A stretch of DNA of 64,000 bases, from the NCBI GenBank assembly GCA_030704615.1, contig CM060732.1, positions 71,982,001 to 72,046,000 of the forward strand, given 5' to 3'. This document shows, in pieces, positions 46,859-60,459 of this stretch; within the stretch, counting starts at the first letter, position 1; each line of letters starts with the position of its first letter. The DNA is from Takakia lepidozioides. Lineage: Eukaryota > Plantae > Bryophyta. The position numbers and the translations under genes were made by a program. The notes beneath the pieces were generated by a model, which worked only from the letters and a program-made list of their open reading frames with translations, was not told where the DNA came from and searched no databases.

Positions 46859-49283
46859 GACCAAAATAACTAAATGTTATTTGTTAGATGTTACAATTTG
46901 GATGCTCCCTTCTGTCTGGCTTGGATAAATGTTGATTCATTCATACTTAAATATTTTCATCAAGGTCATTGGTTCTGATAAGTGGAATAGGACCTAGAAG
47001 GCATGCGACTTGGAAACACTCAAACAGACGGTGATCTGTACAAGAATGAAATTTAAATAAAAATAATAGGTATAATAAAAGGATTCAGAAACCCCGGCCT
47101 CAAAAATTAGTAATTCCGGATTACTCTCTATATTTGTTAAAAAAAAACATAATTTGACCTTGCTTTGATGCTACATCTATAGTTGTTAATCTTAGATCTA
47201 CCACGCTGGTTACTGTCTGGTTAGGTCTTCGTTAACCTCTTTTCGTTGTTCAACAATTCATCAACAATTAACCAGGCGAGACTGTGTAGGGCATGGATGA
47301 TGGATATGGTAGTTCATCCATCCATAGGTAGCGCAGGCAGCGTGAGTCTAGCCGGTCATCGCAATGATGGACGGAACTGCGACGGAGCGGAATCTGGCAG
47401 ACTGCCCAACTGGTGCCGGAAAGCGAGGGGGGCCTCTCAGGTAGTCCGGCGCTGAGGTCTGCGGCTCAAATCCACAACAAGCCCATGTCAGACATTCGTT
47501 GGGTGAATAGTCTACAATTAATCTGTCTATGTATGATTGGTGGTGCAAATAATATCGTATAAGGTACAAGCGGCGGCTGTAGGCAATGATTGGTGCTCTA
47601 GAAACAGGATACCCAACGGCCAATAATTTACTGTAAAATTCTACTTGGATCCCCGGGTCGCAGTGCGGGGATGAATGTCCAGTCGTGGGCCGCATTGATG
47701 GCCCGGATTGTTTCACAGCACACTCATGCCCATCCCCATTCATTTTTAGTATCCATCATACACGCATCTTGGTGGACCTGAAATTAGATTTTTTTAATAA
47801 TAAAATTGGGGTCTTTAAGTTTAAAGGGACCGTTCGGAGTCGGTATCATATATACAACTAACCTGTTAGGATTTCTTTTCTTTTCTTTTAATTTTCTCTT
47901 TCAGGTGTTCTAATGTTTAGAAGTTTTTGAAATTTAAAAAAAGGAAGGGATCAAGAATGTTCTTGCAGAGGAAAAGGATAAACCTGGAGGTATTGATTTT
48001 TTATTTATTTTTAAACATTTTGGGAACAGGGGCTGGCCCTGGATGGAACTTTATTGAACGATTATTGAAGGGAAAAAAATTAAAACCCTTGATTGCCTGA
48101 GGGCTGCCATAAGGCTTAAACTCACGGTAGGCCGTGTTGATTTTAAGTTATTGAAATTCACGTTAGATCGGATCGAGTCGGCATTTATATATATATGTGA
48201 CAGGCTACACGAGCCACATCCGGTAGATCCAACAACAGTTCTAACGACGTTCTTTCACTTAATATCATTCATTCAATTAATATCATTCATTCGATCTACT
48301 GCGCAAATGTTGATGAGTTAGGTCAGATTGGCACTGTGACGACTATATATATGCTCATTAATCTTAGACCAATAAATAAAATACATGGACGGATGTGACA
48401 GTTTGGGTGACTTCTCTCCCCACACCCATACATACATGAGATGTAAGGGTGTATGTAGACACCAGAGAATTGGCTTATGAATTTTCTTACGTTGGAGTAC
48501 TAGAAAAGGAGACATGAGCATCCTACCAAGGACTTCTGACCCTCATAGACTTAGTTATAGGTGGACTCTCTCCCTTCCCGGTTGTGGTGTCTAATGTTGT
48601 GAGGAAATTTGATGTTTTATATATCAGCCGATTACATTAGAAATGAGAAAGCTCCAAAAATGCCGGAATCAGAAGATCTCAAGACATCCCCTTGCCAGGT
48701 GGCCACAAATATAATCTTGAAGCCTATACATTATATGAACAAGTGGAATTTATGTTTAGATGGCCTCTGGCATTTCTATATCTTGTTATCAAACAAGCCC
48801 AAGTTTCTATGAAAGAAATAAACCTATCCAAATTCAAATTTGTAATATTATTATTAATATTCTTTAAAAATTGAGAAGAGGGTCCGCTCATGACATGCCT
48901 CATCGTCTATGAGGGAACACCAATAATATATTACTATCCGGATTATAACCTGCCATTCTTAATGCCCGGTAAAGGGTTCGTACCCTGTTTCTTTGGGCCA
49001 GTTGTCCCATATCAAATCAAACACAAAACAAATACAAAAAAAACCAGTTCTCAATAGATGGCGGTTATCTGAGTTCTTCATAGAAGAGAGAGAAGGATAT
49101 TATACTTTTGGATCTCCACAAGATATACATATATCCAAGTTGGGACCGCCGAGGATCTTAATCCCTAAAGGACCACAAGGCCCATTTTGGGCCACGGCCA
49201 TCCCTCTACAGCAGTTGGATTTCATGAAATCGAACCGTGAAAAGCTATTGTCTTTACAATTTATTTATTTTTAATATGTTGTT

Positions 49284-50030
49284 GGGCAATTGCAGGATAG
49301 GGTGTCTCATTTTGACAAATGGTGACATCCATGAAAGTCCATTGCTTTTTTTTAGCATATTTTTTCAGTTTGATTCTTATAAAAATAGACAATAATATAC
49401 TTAACATCTTTAGTTTAAGGTCTAATCCCAAATATTATAAGTATAAATAATTATAATTTTTAATCTTTAATTAGAAAAAAAAAATTAGGAGTCAAATCTC
49501 AAGTGTATGACCATTTGTCCATATACAACCTGGCCATCCTAGATTATATGTTTGTATATTTTTAGTAAAAGATGATATCCCAAAAAACCCAAACGACAAT
49601 ATGCTATGACTAGTGAAAAACACATGTTTTTTGGTGTATAAAAAAGTCCATAGTTTGGTAAAAATTTGATAGATTTCCAAACTACTTTCACCTATTGAAA
49701 CATTGCATAATTTCTACACATGGCTTTTTGTCCTTATCACAATTGGTTATATTTAGATATAATTTTTAGAGTCCATAGCACAAAAAACTATGCCGATGAT
49801 AAATCAGTGTTCTGAGATTCAAAAGTCCATAGCATTCTTATACAATTTATCCAATTTGAAAAAAATCGTTACATTATATAGGTCTCGTAGGTGGTATACA
49901 AAAACCAATGTCTTTTAAAGATTAACTATTGTGAACAATGAAAAAGATAACATGAAGCACAGTCACTGAAAAATAGTCCGATGACGTCCAAACTGAGACA
50001 CCATATCTTGAGAATATCTTGCAACTGCAC
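49284..50030. mobile_element. 747-bp non-autonomous DNA transposon related to the 10527-11274 element
   Basis: Left GGGCAATTGCAGGATAGGGTGTCTCATTTTGAC; right GTCCAAACTGAGACACCATATCTTG..TATCTTGCAACTGCAC. Flanks TGTT/TATT; shared internal AAAGTCCATAG motifs. Confidence 0.75.
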
Positions 50031-53000
50031 TATTGGCTCTAAAGTTGGAGGCATGTATGAGACAATCTCGCGAATGGATCTGCCAAGTATATGAAGCATT
50101 CATATGCACGTTATCTTTCCAGCTCACATCAGCCTCGAGCCCCGCCACCCTCCCCGGCCCCTTCCGCGAGCTCTCTTCCTTCACACTGTTACGTTGCATG
50201 TGCTTTTGTTTCTTTGAACTCTATAGCTTCAAGTTTTCATTCCTTGCTTTTGGCTTAGGCATTTTAAGGGTTTATGTAACGTGCATTATTCTGGTTCTGT
50301 GAGTCATTTGCATTTCTGATGAGCGCTACCTACTTTAGTACCTTGTTTTCTGATTGCATGTGGATTGCATTTATGTGGTTGCACTTGCACTTGGCTTGTA
50401 TCTAGCTACTGGATTTAGGGTTTTCATTTGTATCTCACTCGCAGCCTTTTGAGTTTTTGACGCAGTGTAGCTAGGGTAGAGCTAGTGCGGCAGATTGCTT
50501 TCATTTTGAATTTGAAAGCAAAGAACTTGGAGGCCATGGCATTCCCTCCAGGGCCACATAGATTGTAATGGCTTGGGCTATTGGAGTTGGGGCTACTAAG
50601 ATCAAGCATTAAGGTGTGCCAAGTGCTTGAACATTAAGCATTTGTTGTCTTTGCCAAAACCCAAGCGTAAGTTTAAGTGGCCTGCCAGCAACTTCAAATA
50701 TATGTTTAGAAGACAATGTGCTAGTATACTTCAGTGAGAAGAGAGAAAATGTGAAAGATAATTTGATGGGTTCTCAGCTGAGTTGAACAGTTTATTTAGG
50801 AAGAAAATTTGGCCTAATCATGAGGTCCAAGGGGATCAAACAAGCTGTAAGGGAGAGAACAAGTTGACCAATTAAAAGCTTTGAGGGAATGGTTGCTTCA
50901 GTCTGAACCCACAAGTCAGTCCCTAGTGCAGTATAGAGATCCGAGTCAAGAAGAAAGTCACTCCACCATGAACCAGAACTAGTATGCTACAATGGGTTGC
51001 TTTGTTCCAAAATTCAACTTAGCAGTTTGCAAGGATCACCCAGCATTAATAACACCTGTGAGGCAGCCAAAGATCTTGGGGGGAAAAGAAATTCCCCCTC
51101 AAACTCTTGATTCGAGTAAAGATGTAGAGAGGAGGCCCGAGCAGTTGAAATAGTAGATTTCACTCCCCATCACACTAGATCCAAGGCACATAAAGTCAAC
51201 GACAAAGACAAGTTTTCACATCATTGTTGAAGAATATCCCCCCTCCAAATGGCTATACAAATCCATCGTCTTCTTGGGATGTAGATATTCCCACGACTGA
51301 GCTTGTGTGTGACCATGACAACTTGGAACATAGACTGGAATATTCCTCATATTCCAATAGTTTTGAGGTGCACCTGACACGCCAACTATAGAGTAAGGAA
51401 CCACTATCAAGTTGCACATGACGAGTTGTACAAGGCTGGGGTGATTTAACAAAACACTTCCAGGAAAGTTTGTTTAGATTGGCTTAGCCTTGTGTAAGCA
51501 TTTCTTCAAATAACAATGTTTCCTCTCTAGATGTTGTGTATGTTTTGAGTACTGACAAGAAGTTCATATCAATGGGGCTCATATCAATGTGGGGCCTAGA
51601 TGGACGCAGGTATAGTTTGAGCATACACCATAGTGCAGATGAACTTTGGTCCTTTGGTATGAATGATTGTATGATTACCGACCAAGAATGGTATTCCCTT
51701 ATCTCAATTCTCTTTGGTTTTGTCTCATTTTTGGTATAAAAGGTTATTTAAAGAATCTCTCTGCTGGAAATGTGGAAGCTATGATACGTTGTATCAGTGT
51801 AGCAAGACTTTGGGATTGGCATTTACCCTTGTTCTCATATCTTCTTGTCTTCTTACTCCCCCACTTTCCTGTTCCCTAAAATGTGCATTGGCTGTTTAAA
51901 AAATTGTGGGGTTTGTCTCCCTCTGTCAATGACCCATGGCAATTTCAAACTAGTTTATGTATGCTTGTGGGTAGGAATCCCACACCTGATTGTGGTAGAA
52001 TTAATATCATGTGAGGACCATGGCCTCGAGGGTATGTCATAGCCAAGTTTGTTATGATTTGGCAATAAACACATTATGTATACCCCTTTTCTTCATACTT
52101 CTCACAAAGCAGTGTGACGACATGAAATCAGTGCTACTTATCTCACATCTCTAGTGGTAGGTGGGGGTGTAGAGTAGCAGTGATGGATTCATTTTGTGGT
52201 TCCTTGCTTGATTTGGACCAGCCTTAAAATCAACACTCAATTCCTTGTAACCCGAGGTCAACCATGGGTGAGAATTGTGACAATTTCAGGCTGATTCTGA
52301 AAGCCCTATATTTAGAACAGCACGAATGGCCATGGGACAATTCATATTCAGCTGAGACTACTGCCCTCGTTGTAGCCAGTGTTCGCAGTTGCTGGTCAAG
52401 GAATATACATCCTTTTGATCTTCCGTCTTTTACTCCATCCGATTTTAGTGCAGCTTAGCTAGTTATAGTTTTCTGGTTCTGGTGGCAAGTTGTTATATCT
52501 GCTTAGAAGGTTGAAAGAGGAAACTCAATCAGGCTGGAGTCAACTACTGTTGTATTAACCCACCAGTTCATTTGGGTAAGTAGCTTCAATATGGATCTTG
52601 ACACAAGTGTGTAAGAGAAAAAACAAAGAAGGAGGACAAATCCAGGAACTAACGAGGCTTTGGTGAGAGGTGAGCAAGGAGATTTGGTGATCGAGAATAC
52701 GGTAGCCTTGAAGTAATGAGCATGTAAACCAGCTAAGACTTTTGAGGTGGCCTACATTCAAAGCATGGGCCGGAAGATCTAGTGTTAGAAGATCAGTACT
52801 TACTCTAACACAAGATCTTCAAGTGCATGCATTGGATAAGGCTTCACAGGTGCAGACATCAGCGAAAAAACAAATTAGAGGTTTCCGGTGACATCCTCAA
52901 ATATGGAATTGTATGAGATGACATTCATGACACTACCCTCATGGCTATATATGCCGAACGTAGTTGTCCCATTTGACAGATTGATCATCCTCGGGATATT

Positions 53001-54129
53001 ACATGTTCATCTGTATTGGGGGCAAGTGTTATGGTGTAGTCAGCCCTGACTTTGGCCCACATGCGAGGCACTTGGTGGTTGGGCATGCCAATGGGTTCAA
53101 CTCCCACTTGGATCTTGCACTGAACTTGTATTCACTTCACAAAGAAGCCTTCCCCTTTTGTATCTCTAGGACTTGACAAATTTTTATATGAACTTGCAAA
53201 CAATACACACATTGACTTTGATCAACATTTTAGGACTTGGGCATTTTCCCCGCAACATTTAGTTGGACTTCAATCACCAATTTGTGTGTTCCCAAATGTG
53301 GCCACTGTCTACATTTGGTCAGAGGGATGAATTGAGTTTTAGCCAAAATTCTCTATTTTTACTATTTCTGATTTAGAGAAGTTTATAGCGGGATGGTATG
53401 CAAATTTGGCAGTCTTACCATTGTCGATCATGGCTACTTTGCTTTTAGCAAGGGTGGCTATTGGATGGCAAAAGAAGAATAGCTAGCAATATTGTTCACA
53501 ACTTCACTACCCAATCCAGGTTAGGTATTAAGGAGGCCCCATCAAATTTGCATATTTTGAAGTGAAAATTTTCATACATATGCTTGACTTGATTATGGAC
53601 TAGAATCCATTCCCAAATTCCCATGTTGTTTCCACAGTTTATTCTACCATCCAACAGAGACAGTCGCGCCATTGGCCCAAGATCAAATTTTATAATCTCG
53701 GAGATCCGACGGTGGTTTCCTGTTTTTTCCACCATTGGATGCGGAAGCTGGTATGTGGGCATCCAACCCTACGGTGGACAAGATTGGTTCGGTGATGGCT
53801 GGGTGGGAAAGAGCTGGCTAAAATGGCAGACAAATTTAAACTCGAGATAAGCATCTTGCGATTTTGACGACCATTTATATGCAATTGTAGGGATGACCTT
53901 GTGTGTGCACTTGGCTACAATTATGAATGCGATTTTGAGTGACCCTGTCTGTAAATGATAATTGTCATGGCTCCACTGAAAGTTCCAAACAATTTTAAAT
54001 AGAAGTACTTCTTCAGTGATTGTTTCCCTCATCCTGTTTAGCAATGTGGAGCTAGATGCTAGTGTAGATCCTGAGGCAGTTGTGGTCAACCCAGCCTTCT
54101 AAGCTGAGACTGCAGTGGAGTTGTTTAGA

Positions 54130-54930
54130 CCAAAACGGAATACGTATGAGCTTGCTGCTTAACAGACACTTTCAGGATATTTGGGCTAGTAAACTCCTAT
54201 GGGCCGCGTCAGTATGTGGGAATGATAACAAAGTCCATCAAGTACGCTGTAAGGTCTGCACTCGTATAAAGGGTAGAGAGAAACTCCTTGCTCCAAAACT
54301 AGACTTTTTATGGAAACATGCAGGGCGTCGAAAACTGGGCGAGATACAATTGTGCAACAGGTTGCAGTTGGTGCCACGATGGACATGAAAAAATTGGTCC
54401 AAATTGCTCGTCTTCCATTTGCTACGTTATGGGCGACCCATGACTGATCATAAACATATCCAGTCTTTGTTTGCATTTTAGAATGTTCATAACAACCCAA
54501 CGAAGCACTAGTCTGATAACTCTAGCAGATGGCAGACTTCATGCACCGCATTGTACTCAAGGCCACCAATTAGGCAGTATGGAAATTCAAGTTTGTGTCA
54601 TTGTCAGCAGATGAGGTGACGACAAATTTTGATAATCAAAATTGGCTTTTGTACTGCATGCATCTGTTGTCCGAGATTGGAAGAGGGTTCATATTTTGCT
54701 CACCCTTGAGTGTATGGTGGAAGGGGGAGATACTGATAATTTGAAATATGTGATATTCGGTGTTGTGCTGAACTATGGTGGTCTATTTGAGAAGCAGGTT
54801 GGAGAGCGTCTCCTATGCTTGGGAGCTGATGGAGTTTCAGTATTTCAAGGCATAACGACAAGAGACACAGTGCAGCAACCCAAAGATCAGCGTGCCCCTT
54901 ACATGACTGGCATTCATTGCATGGCACACG
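54130..54930 (+). pseudogene. hAT-superfamily (ZNF862-like) transposase remnant
   Basis: VRCKVC..IKGREKLLAPK.D.LWKHAGRRK; SLSADEVTT; LGADGVSVFQG; GIHCMAH (the CxxH motif). Confidence 0.75.
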
Positions 54931-57773
54931 TTGGAGATTTTGGAGATCTATGTCATTTATGACGAATATGTAGATGTCTTCCCGTTCCGTTGCACAATAT
55001 CAATGCTTTCAGCTTTGGCGGCACATATTGTACACAACCCATTGCTCCCACCATTTCCCCCACTCTAGCTCTCACCTTCTCTTGCTCCTTGCAACTTCTT
55101 CCTCTTGCTTGGCCTCTCATCCTTTGAAGATCAATATGCCTTTGCGTTGCGCTTATCGTGCCTCCTGACATTGTTGAATGGCGGCGTTACAGTTGTCCCA
55201 CGCATTGAGAAGGCAGAAGAAGCTCCTGTGAGCACACATGCGGGCATGTGAAATTGTTTTCCGTTGGTTGGGATGTAGCGGAATTCACGGAAGAAAAGCA
55301 ATCCCACAATTTTGGTGCCTTGCGGTTTGCAGCATGAGGCTCCAACGGTGTGGACAATTGTACCCCCTTCTCTACGACTTCGCACTGTGATACACATTGG
55401 TGGGCCTTCCATGTCCATTGGGATCTTGGGTTTGCAATAGGGAACGCTCAGCTTAGAAGTCTGTATTGTGGCCAAAATGATTTACAATCATGTTTTTCAT
55501 TTATTGATTACAACTCTTGGCATATTGTATTCGCCAATTGTTCACAGGTTTGTGTGCATGAGCCTCCAAATCAATTCGGCCTTTGTGGTGGTGATACTCT
55601 CGTAGGTGAATCTAAATGTCAATTTAAGTGGAACACCACAAACGTTTAGATCATTGTTTGGAGTAGAAATCTCTAGGTGTGTCTCAGATGTCTCTTTTGC
55701 TGCAACTGTGAAATGTCAACGTTTGAGGATGTACTAACTCGCAAGGTTTCTAGGGTTCGTGGTGAGAGAATATTCCGCTGTTTATAAGTGCATACCATCT
55801 TTGTATTTTCCCTTGAGTGAAGTCCCTTCTCTATCTTTTTTCCGATTCTTCTTCTTCTTCAACGCACATGTGGAATCTATAACCACATATTGTGTTTCTT
55901 CCAGTCACAAAGGTTTATTTCATTCTTCATTAGCATCATTATTCTCAAGCGTGAAGTCTTTTGTTTGATTCTTCTCAAGCACACAAGTGGACTCTACAAC
56001 TAGCTCTAACTTCTTGATTCTTTCTCAAGCGAGAGAGTCCGTATTTTGATTCTTTCCAAGCGTACAATATACCAGCCTCCATACGTCTCCTCAATTGTGT
56101 TATGCAAGGCCTCACATCATGCACCGGATTAATGAAATTTTGTATGTTGCAAGATATGCAGTTTACGCACCTGGAAATCCATATAAATGTCAGTAATATC
56201 TTTACCAATATCTTTTCAGTTTATTTTTTAAATTTATACAAATACATGTGGCTTTATGTGCCATTGTAAGTGTGCTTCAAACAAAACTGTTTATGGAATG
56301 CTATTTCATAGTCCTAATTTCAACAATATAATTTGTGGAGGGAACGCTTCGTAATCTATCTTTGTTGTTCATTGTCATATTGTACAAGTTGGTTTTACGA
56401 TGCTATCTTTTAAAAATTAAAATTCCTCAAATGTGATGCAAATTGAGGCTTGTTTATTGAAAGCGCAGCTAACATGCTCCTAGATTAGCAGCTTTATCAA
56501 TCAAACATATTCTTAAGTTGTGCTAATCAGTCTCTCATAATAAATGCAGTATTTTAGTATTTTAACAAGTTTCTCAATGAAGTATTTCAGTATTTCAGCA
56601 AGTCTCTCCGCCTCATCAACATGAATGTGAGATGAATTTCAGATGTGATGTAAATTTTCAAAGTGGATATTTTATTGGAAGCTAACAGGCCCATTGGTTT
56701 TGTACCTCTATCAATCATTTTTTTTTTCTTATTCAGTTTTTTACTTAAGTTGTGTTAATAATTTTCTCAACAAGTATTTCACTATATCATGTCATGAATA
56801 CAGCAAGTATCGTCACTAAACATTTCAGCAAATATTTCAGTTTTTCAGCAAGTTTCTCAATCTCATCAATATGATTTTTCAGAAGATCAGTTTCTGGTCT
56901 CATACATTAACATGCAATTTTTGCCTTAGTTTATATTGAAACGGACAAAGGCAAGGCATGGCCATTTCGTGCATTGCCAACGCATTCCACAGCGGCTGAT
57001 GCCTACATTGTATCCTGCTTTTCGGCATTGTCCTGGACCTTTAGTAGTTTCTTTGTGTACATTCTCTGCCCTCGTCGGTCTTCTAGGGGGAGATACTGTT
57101 TTGCAATCTTGAGATCCTTGCAAATATTTTGCTCTTCATCTTCCTTGGTTTAACATGTTCATTCATGTTTTTTCTAATCATGTAGCCTTAACTATGCCCA
57201 TCTCTCACATTTAATACTATTAATTGAATGTTATGTTGTGACATATGAGGTTAATTATTTAAGTATATTGATTTTTGGAAATTTTGTCTCAATTCCTGAT
57301 TTCAGTTTAGTTTATATATTGGTGTTGTGAATAATAAAGATAAAGTGTGCAGCGTGATTAATTTATTTTATAATCAATTTTACTTGCTTGAAAGATGAAA
57401 TATTTCAAAATATTTATTTGTAGGATGAGTTGTTTTAAAATATCTATAATTAATAATTATGCTTTAAAATACTCTCTTATGTAATATTTTCATTCCATTG
57501 TGTGGTGAGGGTGGAGCCATGGATTCTTTAGTTTGTTCAGAGTTCATAAATCCAATAGATAAGGGCATACTACCATTTCACTAGTGCTTGTGGGTTCAAA
57601 AACATATACATGTGTTGGATGTCATAAAAGTGTCCACCTTCCCATCGGAAAGCAATGGGCCATTAAGGTCAAGAGATAGAAATTATGCTTGCTTTGACAA
57701 GAGTCCACATTAGAAGATAAAAATAAAAATTGTTCATGGTCTTTTCTGGACCACACAAATTTGTTGTAGTTTA

Positions 57774-59142
57774 TCAATATATGAAGCGAGACGTTTGTTT
57801 GTTTGTTTTGTCATGTTGAGATGTCCCAAACTGTGGGCCCAGCCCTGGTGCTTGATACCGTTGGAAAGCCCTCGATGAGGCGGGGTGCACCGACTTGGTC
57901 TCATAATTTTTGGACATGTGGTGTGGGAGATATGGAATTTGAAGTACTTTTGGTCGTTGGAAATTCGTGAAAAATAGCAAGGTGGGCTTTCCTGGGACAA
58001 TGATTGGGGCCTCGACAGGAGATATATGAATAATGATTGGATATGTTACTACTCAATAAGTTCATGGAAAAAAATAAATGGGACCTTGACATGGGAGACG
58101 TACCAAATACATAGGAGATTACACTTGGGCTTAGATGACAATGGACACTTAGGCCTCTACATGGGAGATGCACTTGGATACATGAATAGAAGATTGCACT
58201 TGGGCTTAACCCTTAAACGACCAGTGGGGTAGTTTGACTTTTCCTCCTAAATTGACCCCTTTGGAGGAAAATCAATATTTCGCAGCGAGTTTTGAAGATT
58301 TCGCAAAAATAACCGGACATAATGTGACTACCTAGCACCTGCAACTACTGCCCAAATTGCGGGCCAATCGGCGCAGATCTGCCAAAACGCACCCGTTGAC
58401 AGTGGGGCCCAATTTTCCAACATGTGGTAAGGAAAAAAATGTATTTTTTAGTTTTTTCATATTTTGGCTGACGGGATGAACTCTGTTTCATCTGAAAGTT
58501 GGAGCACTTCAAGCAGGAGACATCCTCCACATAACGTAGGAAAAAGAGGTGGATTTCACCCAGTAAGCACTAGGTGGCAGTTGGTCAAAGTTTGGAGGGT
58601 AGACCTGCACACGACACAACAGACACATGCAACAAACATGCAAGCAAGAGAGACCAAACACGCGAAGCAAGAATTCACACGCGAAAGACCATAACTATGC
58701 CCTAACATGGAATTTCCCTAATCGGCAAAAGGATCCTGGCGCTCCACTTCGGCCCCCATTCAATGGCACAGACAAAATCCGAAAAAATTATTAATGTTCA
58801 AAGTTTTCAACGGCCCGTTGTGGGCCTAGTGGTCGTTTAAGGCCTCGACATAGGAGATGCACTTGGATACATAGGAAATTGCACTTGGTCATATACAGTT
58901 CTTCACACATGGGCCAACGGCATAGGCTACACTAGAGGTCGCACTTGGGCCTCAACATGGGAGACGCACTGGGATATATTGAAGATCTTACACTTGGGCT
59001 TAGATGACACTGGACACCTGGGCCGATGGCACATGCTACCCTAGAGGTCGATTTGGGCCTTGACATAGGAGACACACTTGGATAAATCGGGATTTGCACT
59101 TAGACTTGGATGACACTAGACACTTGGGCCAACGGCAGCTAG
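57774..59142 (+). mobile_element. Non-autonomous Helitron-like element
   Basis: A|TC at 57773/57774 and CTAG|T at 59139-59143. 5' part TTTGTTTGTTTG...GTTGGAAAGCCCTCGATGAG resembles moss repeats. Internal CACTTGGGC/GGAGA repeats. Subterminal hairpin is weak. Confidence 0.6.
58210..58842. mobile_element. About 630-bp TIR element inserted in the Helitron-like repeat, with TTAA-rich ends
   Basis: CCTTAAACGACCA (58211) ... TGGTCGTTTAAGG (58842). Interrupts the host motif CACTTGGGC|CTCGACATAGGAGA. Confidence 0.65.
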
Positions 59143-60459
59143 TTTTGGTTTATGGAAACTTCGAAAATCTATGGGTTTTTATTGGATATTTTTGAATATC
59201 CAGTGACCAATGGGAGTATGTCTAATTGTCTAGACAGATAACATAAATTATTTTAAAAATAAATAAGCAAAGCCTAAATAGACCAGATGTCGTTTTTACA
59301 ACAATTAACTAGAACTATCCCTATGTTCAAGAATTGTAAGGAACCAGGAACCGGAACTTCCTCAATAAAAAATATCTGGTACCAGCACCGGACCTATCTA
59401 TTGAAATAGTTGTGGAACCGACCGGGGTCCTTACAAAGTGCATGAACTGTCCAACACCAAGTCTTTGATTCGGTTCCAAAATGCAAGAACTGGCCAACAT
59501 GGAGTCGACCTTCATTGATTCACTTTCGCCCACCACATGTCCAATCAAATAATACCATTTTTTAACCCTTTCTCGTATAAAATGCATCATATATTTCTAT
59601 ATTAAATATTTTATTCAAAGAACTATCTCATTTTACAATAATAGGGTCATGAACGCAAGCGTGCGAGAAGGACGGTGGGCCCCTCGTCCGGACGAGGGGC
59701 GCCCCCCCACCCGCCCGCCGCTGCTGCCGCGGTTGCACCAGTCGCGGTTGCCCCTCCCGGGCTCCGTCCACCGGCCTGTCCACTTCGGCCGGTCCGTTGG
59801 GGCTAGTCCGCTCCCTCTAGTCCGCGTGTCCGCGTGTCCGCCCGCCCGCAAGATCTGGGCCGTCCACGACGAATCCCATCGCAGCCCTCCAATTTAGGGC
59901 CTTATCTTGCCATTGCCATCAAGATGTCGCTCTTTGTTGTACGCAACTGCGGTGCGTTCGGGCGGTAGTCGTTGCCTGGTGTTCGTGTCTTTGTGTTTTC
60001 GTGATATTTTGTCATGATGTGGAAGGGCAGGAGAGGAGTCGGAGCCCTACAGCCACCATCGTGCATATGCTTCCATTATTTTCGTCATTTTTTTGTTGCT
60101 GGTGGGGCCGTTTTTGCGATTTCATTGTACATGTAATGCGTTTTGCCCACTTGGTTTGGCCTCTGTCCGGTCATCGTAAAATGGCCAATGTGTTGTTAGG
60201 GTTTATTCCAATGGGCCGACCGATTACAAGCCTGCCTAAAGACGACCTTAGTTTACATTTGGGATATGGTGTCGTTCAATTTTATAATTATTCATGTTGA
60301 GGTAGCCGCATCCGTCCGTCAGATCACCTCCTCAGTCTGGAACGGTAACCATGGGCAAGATGATAGTGAAAATCGCCGAAGCATATGCACATGAGGGCGT
60401 GTAAAAACATTGCAGATTCCATATCCAGCCATGAACTGTTATGTGTGTCGTGGGCAGAG

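Noticed and set aside
50400-54050. Possible SWIM-finger or CACTA transposase remnants
   Set aside because: Too degenerate to support any motif by eye; left unannotated.
49284-58353. A single 9-kb transposon ending at CCTGCAACTACTGCCC near 58353
   Set aside because: The flanks do not form a TSD, and a much better right end exists at 50030.
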